From Lama glama (lineage: Eukaryota), in assembly GCA_028534125.1 (NCBI GenBank), contig CM052817.1, positions 44,518,001-44,582,000 on the forward strand: a stretch of 64,000 nucleotides of DNA. Reading direction: 5' to 3'. Below, in pieces: positions 11,451 through 24,794 of this stretch. Below the pieces are notes generated by a model. The model had not been told where the DNA came from and searched no databases. It saw only the letters and a program-made list of their open reading frames with translations. Numbering within the stretch: position 1 is the first letter of the stretch; the number at the start of each line of letters is the position of its first letter. Made by a program: the position numbers and the translations under genes.

Positions 11451-13290
11451 GGGGAGAAAAAATCAGCCTCCAATAAGTCCTTCTCCCATCCCCACCCACA
11501 GTGGAGGACAAACAGGTTGAGATGGTGAAACTGCTTAACGGTTTCTCACTTGGACAATGGCTACTGAACTAGGGTGGGAGCACCACCTCACATCACCAGT
11601 CAGCAGAGTCTTAGCCCCACCATAGATGGATCTGGAGAGAGCTCATCCACTGGTGATAAGTTGCTCAAAGCACCCCTGACCTTACCTTAAATCCTGGATC
11701 TCTCAGCCAACAAAGAGGGAGATAATCTTGTGATTTGGCTTGGAGAGGAGTTAACACCAGGATCCCTCTGCAGGGACACCAAGAGCATTTTAAAATAAAA
11801 CCCCACATTACAGATGAAAACATGGAAAAGTTAGGGATGGGTTGGAGTGGGGGCAGATCTCACTGGAGAAAATACACAAACAAAACAAGAGTCACTACAA
11901 AAGTGTATCAAGATGCACGGTATTTGGAAAACATATAAAAGTGGATGAGACAAAACGAACGGTGCAGTTATTTCTGCAAAAGAGGATGTTTAGACTCCAA
12001 ATTTCACATTAACACACGTAACACATAACACTAACTATTCTTTTTTTTTTTTCTTGGTGCTTCAATTTCCTTATCTTCAAAGCAGAATAACCCTCAGAAC
12101 CTACTCACCTTTTCAGAAAGCCAAAATTACTAAAATGAACACCTGAGAGATTACTAAACAAATTAAACCTTTCCACAAAATGCTGTAACTTAACTCATAC
12201 AGGATGCACATCACTCAATGAGAGCAGAAAAGTACACATTTTCTGGAATGAGGGTGGTTTTCTTTGGCTAGACCACCACCATCCAGCTGCTATTTTCTGT
12301 CCTCATTTTACAAGAACGGAAGACTGCACCAGCTTATTTGCTTTGCTTTGACAGATGATGGGCAAGTGTATCATTGAGATTATATCCTCGGTGCCCTTTG
12401 CAAAGGAAAACAACGCACCATTAATTTTTCTTGCAAAAAATGCTTCTCTTTGTTTGCCTGAGGAATTCTTCAAAGCCCTTTGCCCTCTGCCCTCCAAAAG
12501 ATAAATAAAAATAAAGCAAGATGGGTACCAGGTGGCAAAAGCTCCCTGAAACAAGTTTGAGAGTCCAAACTCAAGGCTAGTAAGATGTTTACAGATCAGT
12601 AGAATTTACCGAAAAAGTAAATTAATGGTGTCTCTTCTGTTGTTAACTTCAGCCAGCCTCTTTAATGGTATAGATTTATGATAATTCCAGGCTCAGTCTA
12701 TTTAGTTCAGGGTTAGAAAGTCGTAGATGGGTACAAAAGCTCACTTACCTGCTAACACTGCTCCTCCCATCTAGTCTAATCCTGATGGGGCCATTTGAAA
12801 GGAGAGGAAAGTTTACAGCACAATTTGGCTTTGCCCATGTTGGAAAAAAAAGAGAAGAGGTAGGCCTGTGATCCTGAGGACAATGATGGTCAGAACCAGA
12901 CCCTACACCAGCTGTGTTTGGACTATGCGGTCCCGAGAGCCTGGAAAAATGGTTACTTGGCCCCCAAGGCTGAATGTGTCCTCCAGAAATTAAATGACTG
13001 CCCTTCTCCAGTCAGCTCTCAGGAAACTACCAACACAGACAGCTTCCCAAATGTAAAATGGTGAGGGAAGAGGCATGTTCTTGTTAATTGCCTATCCCGA
13101 TTCACTTTGAAAGATTTTCCAAAGACAACTCACTAGTTTTCAAAAAGTAGAACACCTGGAAGCGTGTTTTAAATCAAGCTGTATTGGACGTCATTTATAT
13201 TTCACTGATAAATACATAATGATGATGATAATAACAATAACTCCTGTTATAATTATAGCAGCCACCATTTATTCAATGTTTGCTCGATGT

Positions 13291-14410
13291 CAGTGGTTCT
13301 CAAACTTGAGCAAGCATCAGAATTCCCTGGAGGGCCTGTTCAAATTCAGACTGCTGGGCTCCACCCCCGAGTTATTTTTTCCAACTGTCATAAAATACGC
13401 GTAAAATAGTATTCACCATCTTAACCATTTGTAAGTGTACGGTTCAGCAGCGTTAAGTTCTTTTACACCGTTGTGTAACCGATCTCCAGAACTACTTTCA
13501 TCTTGCAAGAGTGAAACTCTATACCCATGAAACAAGAGCTCCACATCTTCCCTGCCCTCAGCCCCTGGCAACCACCTATCTATTTCCCGTCTCTGTAAGT
13601 TAGACTACTCTAGGTACCTCATATAAGTGCACTCATATAATGTTTGTCTTTTTGTGACTAGCTTATTTCACTTAACATAATGTCCTCAAGGTTCACCTGT
13701 GATGTAGCACGTGTCAGAATCTCCTTCCTTTTAAAGGCAGAATGATATTCCATGGCATATATAGACCACATTCTGCTTATCCATTTACCCATAGATGAAC
13801 ATCTGGGTTGCTTCCATCTTTTGGCTATTGTTAATAATGCTGCCATGAGCATGGGTGTACAAATGCCTCTTCAAGAACTTGCTTTCAATTGTTTTGGGGC
13901 ATATACCATGCAGTGGAATTACTGGATCATATGGTAATCTGATGCTTAATTTTTTGAGGAACTATTTTCTGTAGCAGCTACACTATTTTACAGTCTCACC
14001 AACAGTGCACAAAGGTTCCAATCCCATATTCTCTTATTTTCTGTGTTTTTGATAGGAGCCATCCTAATGGGTGTGAGGTGACATCTCATTGTGATTTTGA
14101 TTTGCATTCCCCTAATGATTAGTGATGTTGAGCATCTTTTCATGTGCTTACTGATCATTTGTATATCATATTTGGAGAAGTGACTATTTAAATCCTTTGC
14201 CTTTTTAAAAAATCAGATTTTTTGTTGCTGAGTTTTACAAGCTATATATATATATATGTTCTGGATATTAACTCCTTATCAGATATATGATTTGCAAATA
14301 TTTTCTTCCATGTCTCAGAGCTTTTTATTTGGTGCCTGAGATTTGCATTTCTAACAAGTTCCCAGGTGACACTGATGGTCCAGGGCCCACACTCTGAGAA
14401 CCATTACTCT
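13291..14410. mobile_element. MER5A hAT-Charlie element, split by an L1 insertion
   Basis: Left half cagtggttctcaaacttgagcaagcatcagaat...gctgggctccacccccgagtt; right half atttgcatttctaacaagttcccaggtga...ctctgagaaccattact. Confidence 0.85.
13374..14312 (-). mobile_element. L1M (L1MA/L1MB-type) 3' fragment including the ORF2 C-terminus
   Basis: ORF 13658..13852(-) [17 protein letters not shown]...[17 protein letters not shown] is the L1 ORF2 C-terminus. A typical L1MB 3' UTR follows. Confidence 0.9.
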
Positions 14411-15188
14411 ATGGCAATATTGTTTAGCATTTTATATATATATTATCTCACCAAAGCCTCATATTATCATTCTTGTTTTACAGAAGGTGAAATGATTGCT
14501 CAAAATGGTAAAACTTGCTCATGATTATTCTACTAACAAGTGGTAAAGCAGGGACTTTCACCTAGTCCTCATGACCTGACACTATGCTCACCATCTCTGC
14601 TGAGCTAAGTCGAGTAAGGCTCACAGAGAATACACTGCGATGACCAAGACAAGGGACCTGAGAGAAGAAGTGATGCTTTGCAAGCTCCTTCTCTCTTTGT
14701 TTAAGTCGGGACTAAAATCCTGGACCCCTTTCCTTGGATGTTATGTTCTGGCCTCATTAAGAGGAGTCAACAGCAAAAGGAATCTGCTTTCAGGAAAATG
14801 AGGAAAATGGCGGTGGTGGGAGGCGGGGGTGGGACATGCCGCCGAGGTACAGCAAGACCAGACTGACCTGATGAATGAACTCACTCCAGAGCCAAATGTT
14901 CAGCCTTGGTAGATTAGGCAAGCGCTGCGCCTTCCTCCCAAAGCTGTCGGTCTTAAGCCATTTCCCTGATCACAGCCTTCAGTCGGGACCACAACTAGCC
15001 CATAAGGGCCTTTCTTTATGTGCATGGGGGAAAGGCACCCCTCAGGACCTGGGCAACCTGGCTAGGCCGCAAGGGTGGTGACGTTCAGTCCCTGCCTCCT
15101 TGCCCGGTGAGCAGCCAGAGATCACTGTGACAAGGTTAAAAGAGACGATCCTGATAAAGGTTAGTGTTACTATTGGCTAAAAGGGAGT

Positions 15189-15190
<2 letters not shown>

Positions 15191-15239
<49 letters not shown>

Positions 15240-15260
15240 GAGAGAGAGAGGGAGGGAGAG
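15191..15260 (+). repeat. (GT)23 microsatellite followed by a GA-rich tract
   Basis: Read directly; the GT run spans 15191-15236. Confidence 0.95.
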
Positions 15261-17692
15261 GTTGAGAGTGAGGGGATATATGGCCCCCTGATTACTCATT
15301 TCCATGGATAACCAAGAGCTGGTGGTAACTTAATAGTCACAACAGTTTTAAGGATTGAGAGTAAAAACAACTCTTAGTTTAGTGCATTCATGACTTTGGT
15401 ATGTACTTCAAGTCATTATCCCCAAATCAGTGACCTATTCTGATGGAAAGCTGTCTATTTAAGGCCAGCCTTGAAACTCTCAGCCTTGTTAGCCATGAAA
15501 AAAAAAAAAAAAAAACCCACCCCTCATAGACACGAAGCCCCACAGTGTTCTTGTAGAACCTGGTGCTTTGTGTCGGACTTCACAGCTGCAAAGCAAAAGT
15601 GCGGTGGTTTGCAGGCACTTCTAAAGAGAAAACGTGGAGGTCCCTGGATGAAGACGTGGGCTTTATTTGTCTTCAGATGTTGACATTCCCCAGAGCCACC
15701 ACAACAAAAACAGAATTAAGACGCGAAAGGAATTCAGAACCTTCCTTTGCTATCCCAAGCCTGGGAATCTTTTCAAATTTAAATGAATATCTGTCAAACT
15801 AATTAAGAGAAGATGCAATGCTCTCATTCTGTGCCCATCAGAGAACAACTTACTGGTCATAAATTCCTCAGGCAGTGGGAGTGAATAGCTCTCTACCATC
15901 TTGCTTAAGATTTCTGGCTTTGTTTATTTCCAGTTCAGCCTGTTCATCTTCTAGACCCAGAAAAACCACAAAACATGCCTAGAATCAACTTTTAATTCCA
16001 TAAGACAGAACTGGATAAGATTATGATGAGATGTTGCAACTGAGGTTTTTGAGTCAACAAAACTGGGAGGAATGACAAGTAATCATTTATATCTGAGTGG
16101 CATCTTTTTTTCCCCAAGATGTTTTATGTTTATGAGCAGACTGCAAATCTCAAATATTTCATACACACACACACAAAGTATTCCCACCATTTTTGCGGAT
16201 TCTGAAATTGACTCAGTTAACTGATTTGGTAAAATATATACACATTGTGTCCAAGTCTGGGTAGAGATTAACATACGGAAATCACTACCTGCATGCCCCA
16301 CCAGCATCTATTGTCCTCCCACCGGCTACCCAGTCCAATGCTATGTATTTAATCTAATATATACGTATGTAATTAATAATGTGGGTCACTCTGCAGGCAG
16401 AGATTTTTACCCCCATTTTACAGACAAGAAAGCTGAGTTTCAGAGCAGTTATCTTGCACCACACTGGGAAGCAGCAAAGTCAGAAGTAAGCATGACACTT
16501 AAAGATATTTGACTATTTAAAATATGTAGTATTGTGCCTTTGACAAATTTGGGGAAATCTGAAATGATGAAGGAGTTTGTATCTGAAATTTTATTATTAG
16601 GAAGAAATTTAACTGTAGCTATTAGAATTTCCACCAAATGTCTTGAAAGATATATTTGAGAAAACAAGGAATTTCCATCTATTGAAAGGCCTGCAGCTTT
16701 TTCTAACATTTTTCAGTGCTCTGAGATTTCTGCCACTGAAAATACATTTTTTCCAAATTAAAAAAAAAAGAGAGAGAAAGAAAATATATTTTTCCTTCTT
16801 GAGCAATTCCATTAGGTTTTCCAATGGGTGTCACTGAGCTGAGTTGCACAGTTCCTCAACCACATGGGCAGTTCTATTTGACCATTCTCTTATTATTTCT
16901 CCCTTTTGCTATTTACATCTTAAATAGGATTATTACAATTCCTACTTGCCCAGGTTACAGAGATGGAATATACTTACTTGCTCTCTGACACATACTAACA
17001 GTTTAAAGGGATACACTGCAGCGAAAGGGATACAGAATTTGAGGCTACAATGCCAGTCAAATTCAAATCAAATTTATGGTGTTCACTCTTTTTCCAATTC
17101 TTCCTAGAATGTCTATAGTGAGAATTATCCTCTCCCACTAACATGCTATAAAAGGGGGCTTCAAAACCTCTCTCCTGAGCTGAATGTCACTGACACATTT
17201 CCTGGGTAAATCTGGGCCCTTGATCTATCCCCACTCATGTTTTTAATTCGGGTTTACTCTGATGATGCCGTCCAGGCCATTAGCCCACACTGTTGCAGAC
17301 AGCATGAAACGGGGCCAACTTACCTTCCTACAGCGATCTTTCCACACATACCCCCATACTGACCCTCTTATCACCATGGGGACATTACTTTTACAGCCCA
17401 GTTTAAATTGTAGAAGAGGGTATTTAAATCCACATCAGTTTAATGTTTACTAGTAAGGCTTTGTTTAGCACTGAATCAAATGCTCATCTCCTCTGCCTCT
17501 TGAGGAATTCAACCCAAAAGCCACATTACACTGATTTTGACATTTATAGACAATATGCACCTGAGACATCCACTAGTTCATGTTCTTTAATTTACAGACG
17601 ATTAAATCCTTAGCTTTATATATTCAAGGATTCAGTCATTTACTCGAAATTCAACCTAGAATGAATGGAACAGAATTCTCTGATCTCTTGTT

Positions 17693-17827
17693 TTTTTCAC
17701 TGTAGTCAGTTTACAACGTTGTGTTAGTTTCTGGTGTACAGCACAGTGATTCAGTGATTCGATATTATTTTTCATATTCTTTTTCACTAGAGCCTGTTAC
17801 AGGGTATTAAAATTCCCTGCCACTTCA
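17693..17827 (-). mobile_element. Short 5'-truncated L1 3' end
   Basis: gtagtcagtttacaacgttgtgttagtttctggtgtacagcacagtgattcag. TSD gatctcttgtt at 17682-17692 and 17828-17838. Confidence 0.85.
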
Positions 17828-18779
17828 GATCTCTTGTTCTGAATGCAGTATCACTTTTGTCTTATGAAACGTACAATCTTAGTGTTTCTATGTCCTTATT
17901 CTTCTTCCCCACTACTGCTCCAGGCAGCTATGATTTTTAAAGTTTCAGACACTGTCTAACAATTACTGACATTAATTTTTGAAAAACAATGATTTCTAAT
18001 ATTTTCAAGGCATTCCTTAGACGGATAGTTCTCATTTTAACATTTTAAAAAGAAAATTTAGGCTTTCAAGAGAGATCATTTTGACCAAGTGCCTTTGTTT
18101 ACTGGAATAACACACAGGCAACTTAGATACCACACTAAGAAGGAGGCACATACCTGAATGAGACAGTTAAGCTCAAAAGCAATCACATGTCTTTACTTAG
18201 GCGCACAAATGAGATATGTTTCTAGGAAATCAACTGCAAAACCCAAGCTATGAAATCATCTCCACCTATTCATGAGCAGCATTTTGATTCTAACCTGCTT
18301 TAGGGACAATAAATAGAACATGTCAGCAACTTGGCATAAATAGAGCCAAAATATATTTGATCTCAACATCCTTTAAAGCACAGGCATCCAAACCCCCAAG
18401 TATCCCACAAGCTAAGAGAGTTGAAAGCATCCTCTTTCAAGGGAAGCAGAAGCTCAAATTCTACTATGTGTCCCCTGTTGCTTGAAGACTAGGAGACATT
18501 TGAGGCTTGGGAATCCGAGATGCTGATCTTAATCCAGTGTTTCCTATGGTCACCCTGCATACTAAGCCAGAGGATTTCACTATAAATCAATAAATCTCTG
18601 TCCTGTTAGTTCCAAAGTATGTGCTTCTAAAAGATGACTGTCTCAAGGAAGACGATGTGATCAAGATTAGGTATATTTACACCGAATTAGGTGTAGGCAA
18701 GCTACAGTCACTCCATCTATCAGTCTCCCATGCAGTACAGATACAGAATAATAGAATCCAGCAGGGATAACGAGGACAA

Positions 18780-19000
18780 TAAAAATAACTAACCCTTATC
18801 GAGCACTTACTTTGTGCTAGTTACCTGCATTAGCCCATTTAACCCTCACAATCACCCTCTGAGGAAAATATGACCATCCTCATTTTGAATATAAGGAAAT
18901 TGAGGCCCTGGGAGAGAAATCATCCATCCAAAGTTCCATAGTCCCAGAGTCAGTGACAGACCCGAATCCAGGTCGTCTACCTCAAGAGTCTCTTCTCCAA
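18780..19000 (-). mobile_element. MIR SINE
   Basis: ttatcgagcacttactttgtgc...tttaaccctcacaatcaccctctgagg...gaaattgaggccc. Confidence 0.8.
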
Positions 19001-19575
19001 GTTCACGTCACCCTTGCACAGTGAGGTCCGCTGATGGATCTGAAGGTGTCCTAACATTCATCACAATGAAAAGTAACTTGTTTTCCTGTAGGCTGACCAA
19101 GAGGGATGCAAATTAAAAACCATTTCATAACATTGATTGAGTTTACTATTGCAATTCAATTTACTTTTGCCTACTATTTATCAATCTACCTCCACTAGTG
19201 AGCCTGGATACTCCTCTTTCAAAGACAAAGCAAAAGCTTTCTATAGAGAACAAAAACAGGGAAATTGACACAGGGCTCCAGCAGTCCTTTATCATGAATT
19301 TATATAATTTTACAGCTTTTGATAAAGACCAAATAAATGCATAGCAAAATGTGGATTAACTTTACACCTTATAAGCTAGAAATGCATAAAATCCAGGAAG
19401 AAAGCCCTTTGTCCAATTTTTCTTTTGGAGATGACATGATTACCCATTACCCTTTGTAATTTTCTTTCAGCTATTCTTGGATTCATTGAGGTTTTTGGTA
19501 TCATAAGCAACATTTACCATAGGGGTTGGGATGGAAAGTATTCAACCAACAGTTTCTGAAATAAAGAAAATTCCA

Positions 19576-20187
19576 GGATATATGATCAGGAGTGGGATAG
19601 ATACATGCACCCCAATATTCATAGCAGCACTATATACAATAGCCAAGACATGGAAGCAACCTAATTGTCCATCAATAGATGACTGGATAAAGAAGTTGTG
19701 GTGTATTCATACAATGGAATACTACTCAGCCATAAAAAGAATGAAATAATACCATTTGCAGCAATATGAATGGATCTGGAAATCATCATTCTAAGTGAAA
19801 TAAGCCAGAAAGAGAAAAATACCATATGATATCACTCATATGTGGAACCTAAAGAAAAAAGAGGACACTAATGAACTCATCTACAAAACAGAAACAGACT
19901 CACAGACATAGTAAACAAATCTTATGGTTACCAGGGGAAAGGGGGTGGGAAGGGACAAACTTAGGAGTTTGAGATTTGCAAATGTTAGCCACTATATATA
20001 AAAGTAGATTTTAAAAGAACAAATTTCTTCTGTATGGCACAGAGAACTATATTCAATATCTTGTAATAACCTTTAATGAAAAAGAATATGAAAACAAATA
20101 TATGTATGTATATGCATGACTGAGACATTGTGCTGTACACCAGAAATTGACACATTATAACTCACTGTACTTCAATTAAAAAAAAAA
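19576..20187 (+). mobile_element. Truncated cetartiodactyl/camelid L1 with a short 5' inversion
   Basis: ORF2 C-terminus DTCTPIFIAALYTIAKTWKQPNCPSIDDWIKKLWCIHTMEYYSAIK, 3' UTR and poly(A). TSD aaaattccagga / aaaaatccagga. Confidence 0.92.
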
Positions 20188-20691
20188 TCCAGGAGAACAG
20201 AGAAGAAAGGTCAAAAGGAAGGTTCTGTGATTGCTCCTAGATGGGTTCACACTTGGCCAGTGTTGGAAAAGCCAGCTTCCCCTTTCCTGGAAGGAGAGTG
20301 TTGAAATGTGAAGGCATTTCCTCACCCAGCCTCTCTCTCCAGCCCCTCGCTCCAGCACCACAGATCAGCCATGTGGCCACAGAGGGCTAACCCTCACTGG
20401 CTGAAATGTGAACACCAAGTCAGCTTGGTTGCTGCTTTTTCCCACTCATCATCTCCCAAGCAACTGGCCTGATGGTTTTTTAGAATGAAGTGTCTGGTAA
20501 TTTGAGACTTAGGCAGAAAGAAGAGAGCCCTGACTAAACCTGTAAGAAGGATGAGCAGTTGTTTCTCTCTACAGACAGAGGAAAATAATGGCAATTCTCA
20601 GAAAACAACTGGAAGGCTAATTTCTTGCTGAAAGAGACAGTCTAGTATCCAGTAACAATCACCTGTTGCTCCCGACAGCTGTTATTAAACT

Positions 20692-20892
20692 TGGGATTTC
20701 TCAACCTTGCACCACCACTTGGGCTAGACAATTGTCTGTTGTGGGGGGCTGTCCTGGGCACTGTAGGATCTGACCTCTACCCATGAGACTTAGGTAGCAC
20801 AACCTCTCCAGCTGTGACAACCGAAAAAAAAGGTCTTCAGACATTGTTAAAGGTCCCCCGGGGACAAAAGCACCTCCAGTGGAGAACCTCTT
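20692..20892. mobile_element. MER20 hAT-Charlie DNA transposon
   Basis: tttctcaacctt...gttgtggggggctgtcctgggcactgtagga...gtcttcagacattgttaaaggtccccc...tggagaacc. Confidence 0.85.
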
Positions 20893-20953
20893 ATTTAAAT
20901 AGTTAACAATCACCGAATGTTCCTTCATAGCAAACAAATTATGGATGGTTAAT

Positions 20954-21087
20954 ATTGTGTGCATTGGAGAGGGAGGGAGGTAATTAGGTTTACTTATTTA
21001 TTTTTAGAGGAGGTACTGGGGATTAAACCCAGGACCTCATGCATGTTTACAAGCATGTACTCTACCACTGAGCTATACCTGCCCTCC
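20954..21087 (-). mobile_element. tRNA-derived SINE, camelid type
   Basis: Same family as 8408-8548. Perfect 13-bp TSD atggatggttaat at 20941-20953 and 21088-21100. Confidence 0.9.
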
Positions 21088-21252
21088 ATGGATGGTTAAT
21101 TTTAAACATCATGAAAAAGCTTTTTTCTTTCTTTCTCAAAGGCATAATCAATTTCAGAGTAGTATAAAGAAACAGACTTTCCACTTTTCCTAGTCTCTGA
21201 CTGATTCTCACGTTCACTTCACAAGGATTCAGTGACCGTCAAGAACAACCAT

Positions 21253-21422
21253 CACAGACACAGAAACCAAATTTACGGTTACCAAAGGGGAAGAGGGAGG
21301 AGGGACAAATTAGAAGTTTGGGATTAGCAGATACAAACTACTGTTGTAGTAAATAAGGTCTTAGGTATAGCACAGGGAACTATATTCAATATCTTATAAT
21401 AACCTATAATGAAAAAAGTATG

Positions 21423-21454
<32 letters not shown>

Positions 21455-21522
21455 ACTGAATCAGTATGCTGTATACAGGAACACAACATTGTAAATTAAC
21501 TATACTTCAATTAAAAAATAAA
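21253..21522 (+). mobile_element. L1 3' UTR fragment
   Basis: tatagcacagggaactatattcaatatctt motif, internal (TA)n, A-rich tail. TSD aagaacaaccat (21241-21252) / aagaacaatcat (21523-21534). Confidence 0.9.
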
Positions 21523-22289
21523 AAGAACAATCATACTTCATGTTTAAACATGTATTTCTTATCCCAGGCACTTTAACAATATCCACTCCTGAATTATCAC
21601 CACTCCCCTTTTTACAGGTGAGATAGAAGCACACTAGTTGTTTGTTTTCAGTCACAGCTCAGCATAACACATTTTTAATTTGTGGAAGCATAATATGGGG
21701 GCATTGACAAAAATATCACACCTATGGCCAATGAAAACTGGCAGGACCATCAGGGACATTCCAGAGCAATGACCAGAGTTACAGTCACTGAGGATCTTAT
21801 CAGGACCGTTTCTTGATAAGGAGAGTTATGCACACTTTCTTTGGGTGCAGCTGGCTGATGAAACCACATGCTGGTAGTGAACAAGAAATAATTATTAAAT
21901 GTAAAATAGCAAATGTAGCTTCAGCGGTCAATTGTATCCTAGAAACACATCTCAGTCATGTGAAAACCAAGAGCACCATAGTTCTCTGCCTTCTTTCCCA
22001 TGGTTTTTATAGTCCAAGGGTAGTATAACCAGCCTAAACTCCCACAGCCCCCCAGGAAGGACAGTCCGTGTATGGAAGCTACCCTCTGATGCGCGTGCAG
22101 CCTGAGCCTCTTTCTCCTTGGGCCAATCCAGCAAGAAGGCAACATTACATATATGTACCATCTAATAGATGCCAGTGCAGGAATAATCAAGGTTTGCGAA
22201 AGCAAGCTGTATCTTTTCTTAATGTCTGGACACCAGCATTAATAACAAACATAATAGTGGCAGCAGGGGCCACCCCTCCCAGTGCCGCT

Positions 22290-22500
22290 TGTGACCAGCC
22301 TGCCCCTGCCAGGCCCTACGCCAAGCCTTTCCCTCTCATTACCCCTTAACCCTCACAACGGCTCTGTGAGCTGGGTCATATCTCCCCCATTTTACAGATG
22401 AGGGTCATCAAGGTAAGTACCCTGTCCAAAGTGACAGAAGGGACTAAACTTGGTATTCAAACCCAGGACCATTCAACTCCAAAGCTTGAGCTCTTAGCCC
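22290..22500 (-). mobile_element. MIR SINE
   Basis: ttaaccctcacaacggctctgtgagctggg...ccccattttacagatgagg. Confidence 0.8.
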
Positions 22501-22959
22501 ATCCAGACGCGCACAGGGAGACAGGAAGAACCCTGCTGCATGCCACTATCAGGACAAAACAAAAAATGCTTTCTCCAAAAGAATGGGAAAGGGTTTGGTT
22601 TATATCATTTTACTCCTGAAAGAAAGAAAGAATAAGGGCGATGAACTAGCTGTCAGCGTCGGGGCATTACTATCTTGTCAAGACTGATTATCCACTGCAG
22701 CCTGTTCTGCTGTGCTTGAGAGGGGGACGAACAGTTTCCTTTAATATCAGTTGGTCATTCTCTGAAGGGACACAGCTCAAGAGAGAGCGTTTTTCCTCCA
22801 TCTAGAAAGCAATTATTGAACCCTTCCTTTTAATCTTTAACCACAAGGCTTATATAAGGAACTTTTTATTGTTATTCAGCAGTTAACACCTTACTACACT
22901 GTATCAAAGTTCCCAGGTTTATCAGTCTTTGCTGGGAAGCCAGAACCTTCCGCTGAGCT

Positions 22960-24380
22960 GCTGAAATTAAAAACCCAGGAGTCATCCTAATCGCCTCCTT
23001 CTCCCTCACACAGAGAGCCAGCCTGTCATCAAGTCTGCCTAGTCTACCTTCTAGACATCAAAGCCACCACTTCCTCTCCTTCCCCTGCCGGAGCCTTACT
23101 GCCAGCCCTCATTATTTCTCACCTGCACCAGTGCCCGCTCACTGGTTTCTGTTCCTCTAGACTTTCCATCTTCAAAACCACCCTCCAACATGTAGCCAGG
23201 ATGGGCTCTCCCAAATAAAAATCTCATTTTGCCCCGATCTGCTTTTTAAAAAAATTTTTTTAAACTAGAGTATAGTTGATTTACAATGTTTCAAGCATAC
23301 AGCAAAGTGATTCAGTTTTATATATATATAAAATACATAATATAATATTACATGTAATAATATTAAATATTTTATAATAATAACACATATGTATATAATA
23401 ATATATAAGTATTATTTTCAGATTCTTTTCCACTATAGGTTATTATAAGATATTGAATATAGTTCCCTGTGCTATACAGTAGTTCCTTGTTGTTTATCTA
23501 TTTTATATATAGTAGTGTGTGTATATTAATCCCAAACTCCTAATTTATCCCCCTCTTCACTTTTCCGTTTGGTAACCATAGTTTATTTTCTGTGTCTGCA
23601 AGCCTATTTCCAGTTTGTAAACAAGTTCATTTGTACAACTTTTTTCAGATTCCACATATAAGTGATGACATATGATATTTATCTTTCTCTGACTTACTTC
23701 ACTTAGTATGATAATCTCTAGGTCCACCCAAGTTGCTGCAAATGGCATTATTTCATTCACCCCTGCTCTGCCTTTTCAATTCTTCATTAGCTCCTTATCA
23801 CCATAAGTTTGAACACCTCTTGTTACTGGCAAAGCCTCACATGTGCCCTCTAGTCAAAAAATACCAAACACATTTAGACAAGGCTACCCACATCCACCAA
23901 CCCTGCCCACATGGCACCCCATGCAGATGAGACAAGGGCACCTGCTACTCCAGTGGGTGCAGCTGCTCCGGGGAGCAAAGCCTGGGCTGGATTTCAGCTC
24001 TGCTCCCACCCCAACTCTGGCCATCCTTTCTGTAGGTCACAATTGCACAATCAGCCCTGCAACCTGACTTAAGGCTCTCTTCAAGCACCTCTTTGTTTGC
24101 TTTGTCTAGAACACCTTTCCTACTAAATCTCTCTACCTAACTCCTATTCATCCTTCTGAAAATCAAGACAATCCTCCTTCTCCTCCAAGAAGCATTCACC
24201 TAGTCAAGGCTACCAGAAAAGCTTTGCCATAGCATGCCTGCTGTAGATCTTCCTGTCCACCTCCCCCCGCTAGACGCTGCATTCTGTGAAAGCAAGGACC
24301 CTGTCTCTCAGGTCTGCGAGCCTATAAAGCCTAGCCCAGTGGCTGGGAGACTGCAGACCAGTCACAGCTGCATGTCAAAC
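22960..24380 (+). mobile_element. L2 fragments interrupted by an L1 (23245-23758)
   Basis: aaaacccaggagtcatcc...ctccttctccctcac, and later tgcattctgtgaaagcaaggaccctgtct...cctagcccagtggctgg, are L2-like. Confidence 0.65.
23245..23758 (-). mobile_element. Truncated L1 3' end
   Basis: ORF 23557..23760(-) [23 protein letters not shown] is the L1 ORF2 end. Degenerate TSD ccccgatctgctttt / cccctgctctgccttt. Confidence 0.9.
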
Positions 24381-24794
24381 AAATTACACCTCTTGCTTTC
24401 TTGTTTCTTAGTCTTGTCACTGTGTAAGACCCCCAGCAATGCAGAGATCAGGCCACAGGGAATTGGGAGGGAGGGGAGGAGCCTGCTTCCTCAAATTACA
24501 AATCCTGACTCAAATAACAAGCAGCCAGATCTCACTCAGTAATCATTTCATTCACCTAGGATTGAGAAGAACATATTGGGTTTCCACTTCCTGTCCCCTC
24601 TGTCAAGTTTGCTAATACATCTGTCATTGACCATTTTGTCTTTCACTGGACCTCGCTCTCTTCTCTTTTCTCTTCCTCCCAGACTTGTTCTACTTAACAA
24701 GGCCATTCAACTGGATGGGGGCTGCGCGGGAATCCGTGGTACTCTCTCCTTTCACTGGTGTTTGCAATGTTTTCATAAGAAAGAAGTGAAAATA

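Larger units (their letters stand above)
13250..14570 (-). mobile_element. MIR, split by nested MER5A and L1
   Basis: MIR 3' part (accatttattcaatgtttgc) at ~13250-13290 and MIR core (tcttgttttacagaaggtgaaatga...aaacttgctcatgat) at ~14410-14570. Confidence 0.6.

Noticed and set aside
9015..11690. Additional minus-strand AAG|GTAAGG donor-like motifs at ~9024 and ~11685
   Set aside because: No convincing paired acceptor. Such 9-mers are expected by chance in 64 kb.
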